Shown here one piece after another: positions 20,365-29,324 of a stretch of DNA of 64,000 bases (position 1 is its first letter; every line of letters starts with the position of its first letter). The position numbers were made by a program, and so were the translations under genes. This DNA is from Spirochaetia bacterium. GTDB taxonomy: Bacteria; Spirochaetota; Spirochaetia; SZUA-6; Bin103. The notes beneath the pieces are model-generated. The model saw only the letters and a program-made list of their open reading frames with translations, had not been told where the DNA came from and made no database searches. The stretch is taken from positions 2,720,001-2,784,000 of the forward strand of contig CBDBDQ010000005.1 of assembly GCA_965203905.1 (NCBI GenBank), read 5' to 3'.

Positions 20365-21603
20365 TCAGCGGGGTGCGGCGCCGGGTGCGACCGTTGCGAG
20401 TGGGTCGCCGGCCGCGTCGAGCGCGGAATCGCGGCCCCGCGCCGCGGCGGAACGTCGCGGCAGGTCGGCCTGCGACAGCACCGGCGGGTGCGCGGTCGGC
20501 GGCAGGGGCGTGTCGTACTGGTAGCCGGGTTCACGCTGCTGCCGCTGCCAGATGGCCAGGATCTCGCGCCACGCGCCCAGGAGCGAGCGCGGCTTGGGCA
20601 CGTCGTCCCGGATCACCCGGTACAGCCTGGCGAGGTTGTAGCAGGGTACGCCGGCGTACATGTGGTGCTCGGTGTGCCAGTTCATGCTCCAGTACAGGAA
20701 CTCCGAGATCGGGTCGAGGGTGTTGCTGCGCACGCACAGGCGGAAGTCGGGCACGTTGTCGCGCAGGCCGGCGTGCATCGGCCCGCCCACCAGCCAGCGC
20801 AGCCAGTGGCCGATCGCCAGGTGTGCGGTCAACAGCAGGGCCAGGATCGGTACGTTCAGGGCGATCGGGAGCGCGATCGCGGCCGCCAGGGAGAGCAGGA
20901 TGAAGCGCGCCGCCCACACCGCCCGGCGCCGCATCACCGGCGCGTCGTGGTAGATCGCCCGCATCCACTCGCCGTCCCAGTCGCCGCCGGCGCCGGTGGC
21001 GGCCGGGTATCGGTTCAGCGCAGTGATCACGTGCAGGCGCAGCACCGGCCACAGCCCGGCCGACTGGTAGCCGCCGGTAATGTTGACGGTGAACAGCTGC
21101 AGCAGGTAGAGGAACCGATAGGCGGGGTTCTGCGGCAGGACCACCTCGCGGTCCCCTTCCGGATGGAGCGTGTAGCGGTGGTGGTAACTGTGACTTACCT
21201 TGAAGTCGTAGATGTTGACGAACCCGAACAGGCAGAACACGCGCATGAACAGCCCGTTCAGCCACTTGCTCCGAAACACCGTGCCGTGTCCGAGTTCGTG
21301 GATCGCCGCCCCCTTGAAGAAGGAGCCCACCACGCCGTGCGCCATCAGCGCCACCGCGAACAGCGGCCACAGCTTCGCCGCGAACAGCAGCCACGCCAGC
21401 GTGCCGGTCGCGCCCCACAGCAGCAGGTGGCCGACGCTGTGCAGGCCGCCGCGCCAGTCGCTGCGCCGCATCAGCTCGCGCAGCAGCGCCGGGTCCACCG
21501 GTGACCGGTACCACTTGACGCGAAAGTCGCGCCGCACCTCCGCCAGCGGCCGGAAGTCGCCGGCCGCGGTTCCCGCCGTCCCGTTGCCCGTGTGCGTGGC
21601 CAT
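20365..21603 (-). CDS. Membrane fatty-acid desaturase/hydroxylase family protein (MocD-like)
   Basis: His boxes HELGH, HSYHH, HTEHH; KWYRSPV..LMRRSD N-terminus. Confidence 0.85.
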   Translation of the reverse strand: MATHTGNGTAGTAAGDFRPLAEVRRDFRVKWYRSPVDPALLRELMRRSDWRGGLHSVGHLLLWGATGTLAWLLFAAKLWPLFAVALMAHGVVGSFFKGAAIHELGHGTVFRSKWLNGLFMRVFCLFGFVNIYDFKVSHSYHHRYTLHPEGDREVVLPQNPAYRFLYLLQLFTVNITGGYQSAGLWPVLRLHVITALNRYPAATGAGGDWDGEWMRAIYHDAPVMRRRAVWAARFILLSLAAAIALPIALNVPILALLLTAHLAIGHWLRWLVGGPMHAGLRDNVPDFRLCVRSNTLDPISEFLYWSMNWHTEHHMYAGVPCYNLARLYRVIRDDVPKPRSLLGAWREILAIWQRQQREPGYQYDTPLPPTAHPPVLSQADLPRRSAAARGRDSALDAAGDPLATVAPGAAPR

Positions 21604-21731
21604 CGTCGCGCCGTCTACTGATACACCCATCGCCTGCGATTGGCTACCCCGCCGTGCCGCGTCCGACTTCTCCCCTGCACGTGCGGTCGAGCGGCACGCT
21701 CGCCCCGGTCGGGCTACAGTGCGGGCGGTCG

Positions 21732-22649
21732 TCAGCCCTGGTCGAAGCGGCCGGCGCCGCCGCGCAGGCGAGGGTCGAGCAGGTCGCGCAGCGCGTCGCC
21801 GAAGATGTTGATCGCGAACACCACGATCGCCAGGCACAATCCGGGCCACAAGGCCAGCGCGGGGGCCACCTCCATGTACTTGCGCCCCTCGGCGCTGAGC
21901 ATGCCGCCCCAGGTCGGCTGCGGCGGCGGAATGCCGAATCCCAGGAAGCTGACCGTCGCTTCGCCGATGATCGCCGAGCCGAGGGTGATGGTGAACAGGA
22001 TGATGTTCGGGGCGATGGTCTGCGGCAGCACGTGCTGGGCCAGGATGCGCATCGGTCTGGCACCGGTGGCGCGCGCCGCCTCGACGTACGCGTTTTCCCG
22101 GACGCTCAGCACCACGCTGCGGATGGTGCGCACGTTGGCGACCCCCCACGGCACGCCGATCACCACGGCGATCGACAGGATGCTCGGACCCAGCAGCAGC
22201 ATCGCCGTCAGCACCAGGAACAGCCACGGGAAGCTCATCAGCGCGTCGACGAAGCGCTGCAGCACGAGGTCGAACGTGCCGCCCCAGTAGCCGGAGGTCA
22301 CCCCGAGCAGGGTGGCGGTGAGGACGGTGACCGTGCTCGCCAGCAGACCGACGACCATCGAGATGCGGGCGCCGTGGATGATGCGGCTCAGCGAGTCGCG
22401 GCCGAACTGATCGGTGCCGAGCAGGAACTCGGCGGACGGTCCCTCCAGGCGCCGCGGTACGTCCTGGTCGGCGTAGTCGTGCGGGGCCAACTGGTTGGCG
22501 AACACGCCGGTAAGCAGGAACAGCAGCACCACGATCAGTCCCGCGGCGCCGAGCGGCTTCTCCTGGAACAACCTCCTGAACAGGGTGAGGATCCTCCGTC
22601 TCGCCGCGGTCGCCGTGGCAGCTTGCTCGGACTCGTACGTTGCCGCCAT
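21732..22649 (-). CDS. Peptide/nickel ABC permease (DppC-like)
   Basis: LGTDQFGRD, YVEAARATGA, GDALRDLLDPR. Confidence 0.9.
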   Translation of the reverse strand: MAATYESEQAATATAARRRILTLFRRLFQEKPLGAAGLIVVLLFLLTGVFANQLAPHDYADQDVPRRLEGPSAEFLLGTDQFGRDSLSRIIHGARISMVVGLLASTVTVLTATLLGVTSGYWGGTFDLVLQRFVDALMSFPWLFLVLTAMLLLGPSILSIAVVIGVPWGVANVRTIRSVVLSVRENAYVEAARATGARPMRILAQHVLPQTIAPNIILFTITLGSAIIGEATVSFLGFGIPPPQPTWGGMLSAEGRKYMEVAPALALWPGLCLAIVVFAINIFGDALRDLLDPRLRGGAGRFDQG

Positions 22650-22676
22650 GAGAGTACCTGCTCCGTCCCCGCCCAA

Positions 22677-23633
22677 TCAGCGGTAGCGAATGCGCGGATC
22701 GAGCCACGCGTAACTGACGTCGATGATCAGGTTCACGAACAGGATGAACGTGGCGGCGATCAGGTTGAGGCCCGAGACGATCGTGTAGTCGCGCTTCTCC
22801 ATCGCCTGCACCATGATGCCGCCGATGCCCGGCAGGTTGAAGATCGACTCCACCACCACCGCTCCGCCCACCAGCACCGGAAGCTGCAGGCCGATCATCG
22901 TCAGCACCGGGATGAGCGCGTTCTTCAGCGCGTGGCGCACGATCACCATCCGCTCCTTCAGTCCCTTTGCCCAGGCGGTCCTGATGTAGTCCTGTCGCAG
23001 CACCTCCAGCATCATGTTGCGGGTCAGGCGCATGGTGATTCCGGACAGCCACATGCCGAGAATGAAGGCCGGAATCACCACCATGATCGTGTGCGCCACG
23101 GGCTTGGCCGTGAACGGGATCCATGACAGGCGGGGCGCCCAGCCCCACCAGATCGGTGGATAGATCAGCACCATGGTGCCGATCCAGAAGCTTGGAACGC
23201 AGATGAAGGTTATGGCAATGGCGCGCAGCACGTGGTCGGTGAGGCTGTCCGGCCGGATCCCGGAATAGATCGCGACCGGAAGTGCGAGCAGCAATGAGAA
23301 CACCAGGGCCAGCGTGCCCACCTCCAGGGAGACCGGGAGCCCGATCACGATCTGCTGCGTCACCGGCAGCTTGGACCAGAACGACGTGCCCAGGTCGCCG
23401 CGCATCACCCCGGCCATCCAGCGCCCGTACTGGACGTGGATCGGCTGATCCAGCCCCAGCTCGCGGCGCAGCACCACGCGCGGGTCCTCGTCGCCGGTCT
23501 TGTAGGGGGTGAGCGTCACCATGATGTCCACCGCATCGCCGGGGATGAACCGCAACCCGGCGAACACGATCAGGGTGATGATCAGCAGGGTGGGGACGAC
23601 CAGGAGCAACCGCCGCAAGATGTACGCGTGCAT
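22677..23633 (-). CDS. Peptide/nickel ABC permease (DppB-like)
   Basis: YILRRLL, QDYIRTAWAKGL, HALKNALIP, LDPRIRY. Confidence 0.9.
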   Translation of the reverse strand: MHAYILRRLLLVVPTLLIITLIVFAGLRFIPGDAVDIMVTLTPYKTGDEDPRVVLRRELGLDQPIHVQYGRWMAGVMRGDLGTSFWSKLPVTQQIVIGLPVSLEVGTLALVFSLLLALPVAIYSGIRPDSLTDHVLRAIAITFICVPSFWIGTMVLIYPPIWWGWAPRLSWIPFTAKPVAHTIMVVIPAFILGMWLSGITMRLTRNMMLEVLRQDYIRTAWAKGLKERMVIVRHALKNALIPVLTMIGLQLPVLVGGAVVVESIFNLPGIGGIMVQAMEKRDYTIVSGLNLIAATFILFVNLIIDVSYAWLDPRIRYR

Positions 23634-23645
23634 GACTACCAAATA

Positions 23646-23676
23646 GAGAGGCCGGGCCGAAGCGGCCCGGCCTCTC
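23646..23676 (-). terminator. Perfect 14-bp stem-loop between SBP and dppB (mRNA stabiliser/attenuator)
   Basis: GAGAGGCCGGGCCG-AAG-CGGCCCGGCCTCTC. Confidence 0.7.
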
Positions 23677-23712
23677 CGGTTGACGTTACTGACTTACCTG
23701 GGTGCTGGCCTC

Positions 23713-25539
23713 CTAATCTTCGCAGGCGCGTCCGGTGCTGGACCGCTTCGCATCGCAGTCCACCCACCACCACTTGCTGATGTTGGCCTGCGAGATCAGA
23801 TCGCCGACGGCGCCGCCAAAACCCTTCACCCACGGCTGCCAGTAGATGTGCTGCTCCACCGTGACGCCGGCGATGTGCCACGCTTCCTCCAGGGTGTGCA
23901 GGTACAACTCCGTCCACAATTCGCGGTAGGTCTCGGGGTCTTCCGCTGTCTTGGCGGCATCGATCAGCTCCATCTGCCGCTCCGCCGCCGCCCGGTTCTC
24001 CGGCGTGACGTTGTCACCGAGCGGGTTGCCGTACCACACCAGCGACGCGCGCGGATCGTGGTGAAAGTTCATCGTACCCATCAGGCCGATCTGCGGCGCT
24101 CCGGCGTCGATGAAGGTGAGCCCGGTGAAGCGCGGGTCGGGGTTCGGGCCCAGCGAGGCGGAGTAGTAGGCCGCCGACTCCATCAGGTCCAGCTCCGCAT
24201 TGATGCCGACTTCTCGCAGGTAGCCGGCGAACAGCTCGACATCCTCCGACACCGAGTGCATCGCCAGGATCGTGGTGTCGAAGCCGTCCGGGTAGCCGGC
24301 CTCGGCCAGCAGTGCGCGCGCCTTGTCCGGGTGGTACTCGTACAGCTCCGCCAGGTCGTCGCGCCCCATCGCCTTCAGTTCGTCGTAGCCGACGTAGTTG
24401 TCGCCGTGCAGCGACTGCGCGGGGTAACCGCCCGGGTAGGCGAGCCCGTAGTAGAACGAGTCCACCATCTCCTGGTGGTTGACCGCCAGCATCGCCGCGT
24501 AGCGCACGCGCTTGTCGGCCCACGGCGAATCGGCGATGTTGAGATTCACGTTGAAGCCGCGCAGCAGCGCCCCCTGCGGGACGTGCCCCAGCTCGGGGTT
24601 GGTACGCTCCAGCGACGACACGTCCTCCGGCTGCAGGCCGTGAAACCCGAACACGTCGAGCTGGCCGCTGCGCAGCGCCGCAATGGTGATCGCCGGGTCG
24701 TCAGCGGTTGGAGTCATCGTCTTGGTGTCCAGGTAGGGCACGCTGTTTTCCGGAATGAACGGGTCGACGTCCCAATAGTTGGGGTTCTTCTTCAGCTTGG
24801 TGGTCACGCCGGGCACGTGGTCGGTTGGGATCCACGGACCCGTTCCCAGGGCATCCTGCCAGTCGTTGGGATTGACGCCCTCGGTGTTGTGCATCGCCGG
24901 ATGCGACCAGCTTATGCGGGACAGGGTGACGACGAACCAACTGGTGGCGTCCGGCTCCGGGAACTTGACGTCGATGACCCAGGGATCGTCCGCACGCACG
25001 CTCCATTGCCAATCCCGGTCGGCCGCAGCAGCGCCCACGACCGCCGCGTCGGCGTTCCAGCGGTCCACCAGGTCCTGAGCGGTCAGCTCCTTGCCGTAGT
25101 ATTCGGCCAGCGCCGGGTTGGGGCGTGCCACGTCCTCGGCCCGCCACCAGTGCACACCCTGGCGGACGCGGAACACGGCGCTCTCGATGTCCGGAAACTC
25201 CCACGATGCGAGCAACTGCGGCATCTGCTTCTTGATGTCGATGAACCAGAAGTTGGGGTACGCTTCCTCGCCGGTGCCGCGCGGGCCCTTCAGATAGTCG
25301 ACCACGTAGGCAAGGTCGTAGAACGAGCCGAATGCCACGCTGTCGCGGTTGCCGTCGATCGGATCGAGCGGCGACGCACCCTGGCGCTGCGCCATGTTCA
25401 GGTTGCCGCCGTACACCGGTACGGTGTCGATGTCCGACGCGGCAGCGGCCTCCTCTTCGCCCGTTGCCCACAACGCAACTGTTGCCAATGGAACGACGAG
25501 CAGCGCAACGAACGCCGTTCTGGCCGAGTAGTAATTCAT
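23713..25539 (-). CDS. Family-5 ABC substrate-binding protein
   Basis: Signal peptide WATGEEEAAAA, RQGVHW, GTGPW, ARALLAEAGYPDG; AGGAGG RBS. Confidence 0.9.
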   Translation of the reverse strand: MNYYSARTAFVALLVVPLATVALWATGEEEAAAASDIDTVPVYGGNLNMAQRQGASPLDPIDGNRDSVAFGSFYDLAYVVDYLKGPRGTGEEAYPNFWFIDIKKQMPQLLASWEFPDIESAVFRVRQGVHWWRAEDVARPNPALAEYYGKELTAQDLVDRWNADAAVVGAAAADRDWQWSVRADDPWVIDVKFPEPDATSWFVVTLSRISWSHPAMHNTEGVNPNDWQDALGTGPWIPTDHVPGVTTKLKKNPNYWDVDPFIPENSVPYLDTKTMTPTADDPAITIAALRSGQLDVFGFHGLQPEDVSSLERTNPELGHVPQGALLRGFNVNLNIADSPWADKRVRYAAMLAVNHQEMVDSFYYGLAYPGGYPAQSLHGDNYVGYDELKAMGRDDLAELYEYHPDKARALLAEAGYPDGFDTTILAMHSVSEDVELFAGYLREVGINAELDLMESAAYYSASLGPNPDPRFTGLTFIDAGAPQIGLMGTMNFHHDPRASLVWYGNPLGDNVTPENRAAAERQMELIDAAKTAEDPETYRELWTELYLHTLEEAWHIAGVTVEQHIYWQPWVKGFGGAVGDLISQANISKWWWVDCDAKRSSTGRACED

Positions 25540-25670
25540 CACTACCTCCTTCAGTCGATGAATGGACCGCACGAAACTCGCGCGGTATGGGCCATCTTAC
25601 TGCGCCGGTCCCACCTGCTCAACGAGGCCGGCCGGCCGGCGCCCGCCTGGTTCGCTATACTCACGCCACG

Positions 25671-26660
25671 ATGAAGCTCTGGGATCCTCACTTTCACATC
25701 TGGGACGTGGCGGCGGGAGTTGACGACGCCGGATACTCCCTGGCCAGCTACGAACGCGATGTCGCCAGCGCCCCGAAACCGCCGCCTCACGGCGTCGCTT
25801 TCGGCCCAGCCCCGCCTACCGTACGGAGTCCTGTCGGATCTGCCGCTCACGCGCCAATCCGACAGACTCCTAACGATGGCTTCGAGCTGATCGGCGGCAC
25901 GTTTCTGGAGGTGATGAGCGCGCAGCACGCCGGCGTGGAAGGGGAAGCCTTCGCCGCCGCCTGCTCCGCCGAAGCGGAGTGGGTTTCGCGACAGCTCGGA
26001 GCCGGGCGGCTCCCCTACGTGATGGTGCCATCCGCGCCGCTGGAGCACGAGGGTGTGCCGGCGCTGCTGCAGCGACTGGCCGCCGACGAGCGCGTCCGCG
26101 GCATCCGCCAGATCCTCAACTACGAGCCATCCTGGCCGCGCAACGGTCATCTCGGCAACCTGCTCGAGCGTGCGGCATGGCGCCAGGGGTTCGGATTGCT
26201 GGCGGAGTACGGGCTGCGATTCGACCTGCAGCTCAACCCGCACCAGTTCGCTGCCGCCGCGCGCCTGGTGGCGGCTCATCCGCGGATTCCGGTGGTGATA
26301 AATCACCTGGGGACCCCGACCCTCGCCGACCTGCGTGGCGAGACCTATTGGGACGGGATGCGCGCCTTTGCCGATTGCGCCCATACCAGCATCAAGCTGT
26401 CGATGCTTCCCTACGTCGACGGGGAGTGGGACACGAACGCACTGGTTACCGAGAGCGTCCTGCGCGTCATCGAGCTGTTCGGCGTGGAGCGCTGCTTCTT
26501 CGCCTCGAACTTTCCCGTCGATCTCAAGTCCGGGTGGCCGGCGGCGCGCCTGTTCGGGGCGTTCGCACGTCTGGTGGGCGCGATGCCGGAGGCGGACCGG
26601 CAGCGGCTGTTCGCCGACAACGCCCGGCGCGCCTACGGAGTCGCTGACCGCGAAGAGTAG
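25671..26660 (+). CDS. Amidohydrolase_2 family protein with apparent in-frame insertion
   Basis: DPHFHIWD, VRGIRQIL, NHLG, FASNFPVD, NARRAY. Confidence 0.85.
   Translation: MKLWDPHFHIWDVAAGVDDAGYSLASYERDVASAPKPPPHGVAFGPAPPTVRSPVGSAAHAPIRQTPNDGFELIGGTFLEVMSAQHAGVEGEAFAAACSAEAEWVSRQLGAGRLPYVMVPSAPLEHEGVPALLQRLAADERVRGIRQILNYEPSWPRNGHLGNLLERAAWRQGFGLLAEYGLRFDLQLNPHQFAAAARLVAAHPRIPVVINHLGTPTLADLRGETYWDGMRAFADCAHTSIKLSMLPYVDGEWDTNALVTESVLRVIELFGVERCFFASNFPVDLKSGWPAARLFGAFARLVGAMPEADRQRLFADNARRAYGVADREE
25822..25872. repeat. Palindromic MITE-like element inside the amidohydrolase ORF
   Basis: TACGGAGTCCTGTCGGAT ... ATCCGACAGACTCCTA imperfect inverted repeat. Confidence 0.6.
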
Positions 26661-26680
26661 CCCGAGTTCATCTCCAGGGT
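26644..26680 (+). repeat. 37-bp direct repeat, copy 2
   Basis: CTGACCGCGAAGAGTAGCCCGAGTTCATCTCCAGGGT; overlaps the amidohydrolase stop codon. Confidence 0.85.
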
Positions 26681-26801
26681 GCAACCGGCGCAGCACTTGG
26701 CGCAAGATTGGCGCAAGCCTACACACCGGCAAAGGATGGGCTCTTTGCCACCGGATGCTGCACTTGCCGCTGCCGTAGTGCGTGCTCTAGTATGCGGCCG
26801 T

Positions 26802-27968
26802 ATGCAACAGAAAGCGCCGGAGCGCGAGTTCCCGCCGCTGGAACGGGTGCGCCGGGACCTGCGCGTCAAGTGGTACCGCTGCCCGATCGAGCCTGCGAAG
26901 CTGCGCCAACTGATGCAGCGGAGCGACCTGCAGGGCGCCTTCCAGACCCTCGGCCACCTGGGCCTGTGGGCCGCCTGCGGCGCGGCCACCGCCTGGTTCT
27001 TCATCCACGGCATGTGGCTGCCGTTCGCCATCGCGCTCTGGTGCCAGGGCACGGTGGGCACCTTCATGCGCGGGCTCGGCACCCACGAGCTCGGCCACGG
27101 TACCGTGTTCAAGACCAAGTGGCTCAACCGCTTCTTCCTGGTGCCGATGTCGCTGCTCACCTGGTGGAGCTACCACGAGTACGCGATGAGCCACACCTAT
27201 CACCATCGCTACACGCTCTATCCGGAGGACGACCGCGAGGTGGTGCTGCCGATCGACCTGCCCCTGAAGCCGCTGCAGATTCTGCAGCGGCTCACCGTCA
27301 ATGTGCAGGGGATGTTTCTGACCATCGGGGCCACCGTGCGCATGGCCATTCCCTACTACCGCCGCGACCTGACCGGCATCCGCACCAGCGAGTGGACCGA
27401 GGCGCTGTTCAAGGTGGCCCCCGAGGTAGAGCGCAAGGCGGTGCGCTTCGCCCGCCTGACGATCCTGTTTCACGGCGGCCTGCTGGTGGTGTCGGCGCTG
27501 ACCGGCGCCTGGTGGATCTCGATCGTGTTCACCGGCTTCCTGTTCTGCGGCAACTGGCTGACCGGGCTGGTGGGCACGCCGATGCACGTCGGGCTGATGG
27601 ACGGCGTACCCGACTTTCGCATGAGCGTGCGCTCCAACCGGCTCGACCCGTTCACGTCGTTCCTGTACTGGCGCATGAACTGGCACACCGAGCACCACAT
27701 GTTCGCCGGCGTGCCCTGCTACAACCTGAAGAAGCTGGCGCGCGAGATCGCCCCCGACATGCCGGAGCTGCGCGGCCTGTGGCAGAGCTGGCGGGAGATG
27801 ATCGAGACCGAGAAGCGGCGCCGCACCGATCCCACCTACCAGTACCAGACGCCGCTGCCGCCGACCGCCCACCCCGCCGTGCTGAGCGAGGAGGACGTGC
27901 CCTCGCGCAAGGGTGAGCGCGCACGGATGGAATCCTCGATCGGCGAGTTGGCCCCCGCAGGCCGGTAG
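26802..27968 (+). CDS. Membrane desaturase/hydroxylase family protein (MocD-like), paralogue of 20365-21603
   Basis: HELGH, HTYHH and HTEHH boxes; shared C-terminal YQTPLPPTAHP. Confidence 0.85.
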   Translation: MQQKAPEREFPPLERVRRDLRVKWYRCPIEPAKLRQLMQRSDLQGAFQTLGHLGLWAACGAATAWFFIHGMWLPFAIALWCQGTVGTFMRGLGTHELGHGTVFKTKWLNRFFLVPMSLLTWWSYHEYAMSHTYHHRYTLYPEDDREVVLPIDLPLKPLQILQRLTVNVQGMFLTIGATVRMAIPYYRRDLTGIRTSEWTEALFKVAPEVERKAVRFARLTILFHGGLLVVSALTGAWWISIVFTGFLFCGNWLTGLVGTPMHVGLMDGVPDFRMSVRSNRLDPFTSFLYWRMNWHTEHHMFAGVPCYNLKKLAREIAPDMPELRGLWQSWREMIETEKRRRTDPTYQYQTPLPPTAHPAVLSEEDVPSRKGERARMESSIGELAPAGR

Positions 27969-28046
27969 ACGTACGGATCGGAATTCCGGCGGTACTGCCT
28001 GCCCGCTCCCGGCTGACGTCGCTCGCTTGCCGTTCCGGTCGCGTCA

Positions 28047-28160
28047 CTATTCAGCCGCGCGGCCGATACCGCGCTTGGCGCCGCCGAACCGCCCGCTCTG
28101 CCCGCGCAGGCGCGGGTCGAGCAGGTCGCGGACCGCGTCGCCGGTGTGTACACGACCATC
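28047..28160 (-). pseudogene. 3' remnant of a dppC-like permease
   Basis: MVVY then frameshift to GDAVRDLLDPRLRGQSGRFGGAKRGIGRAAE*, matching the ends of the four intact dppC genes. Confidence 0.75.
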
Positions 28161-28245
28161 CCAGATTCAGACCGGATCATGCTGCGGGGGCCTTTGTCTT
28201 GACGCAAGGTGGCAGGCGATTCAGCATGCGTTTGGGGGGCGTACG

Positions 28246-29253
28246 ATGCATTACCAGCTTCAGAACCTTGGCAGGGGCGTGATGGTGCCCTGCATCGACC
28301 GGGATCTGACCGGCTCTCCGGATACGCCGGCGCGGCGCGGGCTGGCGGCTGGCATCTACGAGGTCGTGGACCGGGAGGGCGGGCTGCTGATCCGTCAGAC
28401 CGGCATCGAAGACACTGACCAGTACGGAGCATTCCTGGCCTCCATCGACTTTCACCACCATTCGTACGTCGGCGGCACCACGCCCAGGAGCGAGCGAGGC
28501 GGTGGCGTGTATACCGCGACCGAGCTGCCGCCCTCGGTCACGCTGCACAGCCACCAGGAGATGTCCTATCTCGACTCGGTGCCGGACTACGTCTCCTTCT
28601 ACTGCGAGCGTCCGCCCGACCACCGGCAGAAGACCAACCTGTTCGTCGACATGCGCGCGTTCACCGCCCACCTCCCGGCGGAGTTCACGGAGCGCTACCG
28701 CGGCCGGAGGGCGCGCCTGCAGCGCACGCTGGCCAGCAACGACCCTGGTCCGGCGGTGCCCGGCAGGAAGTACTGGCAGGACTCCCTCGGCACCACCGAC
28801 CGCGGCGAGGCGGAGGCGATTGCGAACGAACATGGCTGGGATCTCACCTGGAAGGCTGACGGGTCGCTGGTGATCCTGCAGGAACCGGCCCGGTTCTTTC
28901 GGCCACATCCCATTCACGGCGAGATGTGGTGCACCCAGGCGATGCTCATCAACCCCGTCACCCGGTTGCGCGACGCACAGCAGGATGGCCGGCACGAGGA
29001 TGCGGCCCGCATCGAGCGGCAGCGCGCCGCCGACCCGGACAGCCTGGACCAGATGTTCCTGGAGGACGGCAGCCGCGTTCCGGATGCCGACGTGCACCTG
29101 TGGTTCGACCTGATGCTGAAGCACGAAACCCGATTCGCGCTGCAGCGCGGCGACGTGCTGGTCCTGGACAACATGCTGATCGGCCACGGCCGCAGCTCCT
29201 TCGAGGGCCCGCGCCGGATGTTCGCAGCACTGGGCAGCCGCCGGGCCGCATGA
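28246..29253 (+). CDS. TauD/TfdA-family 2OG-Fe(II) dioxygenase
   Basis: HQEMSY, FYCE.PP, GDVLVLDNMLIGHGR. Confidence 0.85.
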   Translation: MHYQLQNLGRGVMVPCIDRDLTGSPDTPARRGLAAGIYEVVDREGGLLIRQTGIEDTDQYGAFLASIDFHHHSYVGGTTPRSERGGGVYTATELPPSVTLHSHQEMSYLDSVPDYVSFYCERPPDHRQKTNLFVDMRAFTAHLPAEFTERYRGRRARLQRTLASNDPGPAVPGRKYWQDSLGTTDRGEAEAIANEHGWDLTWKADGSLVILQEPARFFRPHPIHGEMWCTQAMLINPVTRLRDAQQDGRHEDAARIERQRAADPDSLDQMFLEDGSRVPDADVHLWFDLMLKHETRFALQRGDVLVLDNMLIGHGRSSFEGPRRMFAALGSRRAA

Positions 29254-29324
29254 CCCCGACCGGCCCGGCGCTGCCCGGTCCCGCGCGTCTGTGTGCGCTT
29301 CCGGCGGCGCGGTAAGATGAGGCG

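Noticed and set aside
20365-23148. 927-aa ORF suggesting a transporter-desaturase fusion
   Set aside because: The upstream part is an off-frame shadow of dppB/dppC; desaturase similarity begins near 21603.
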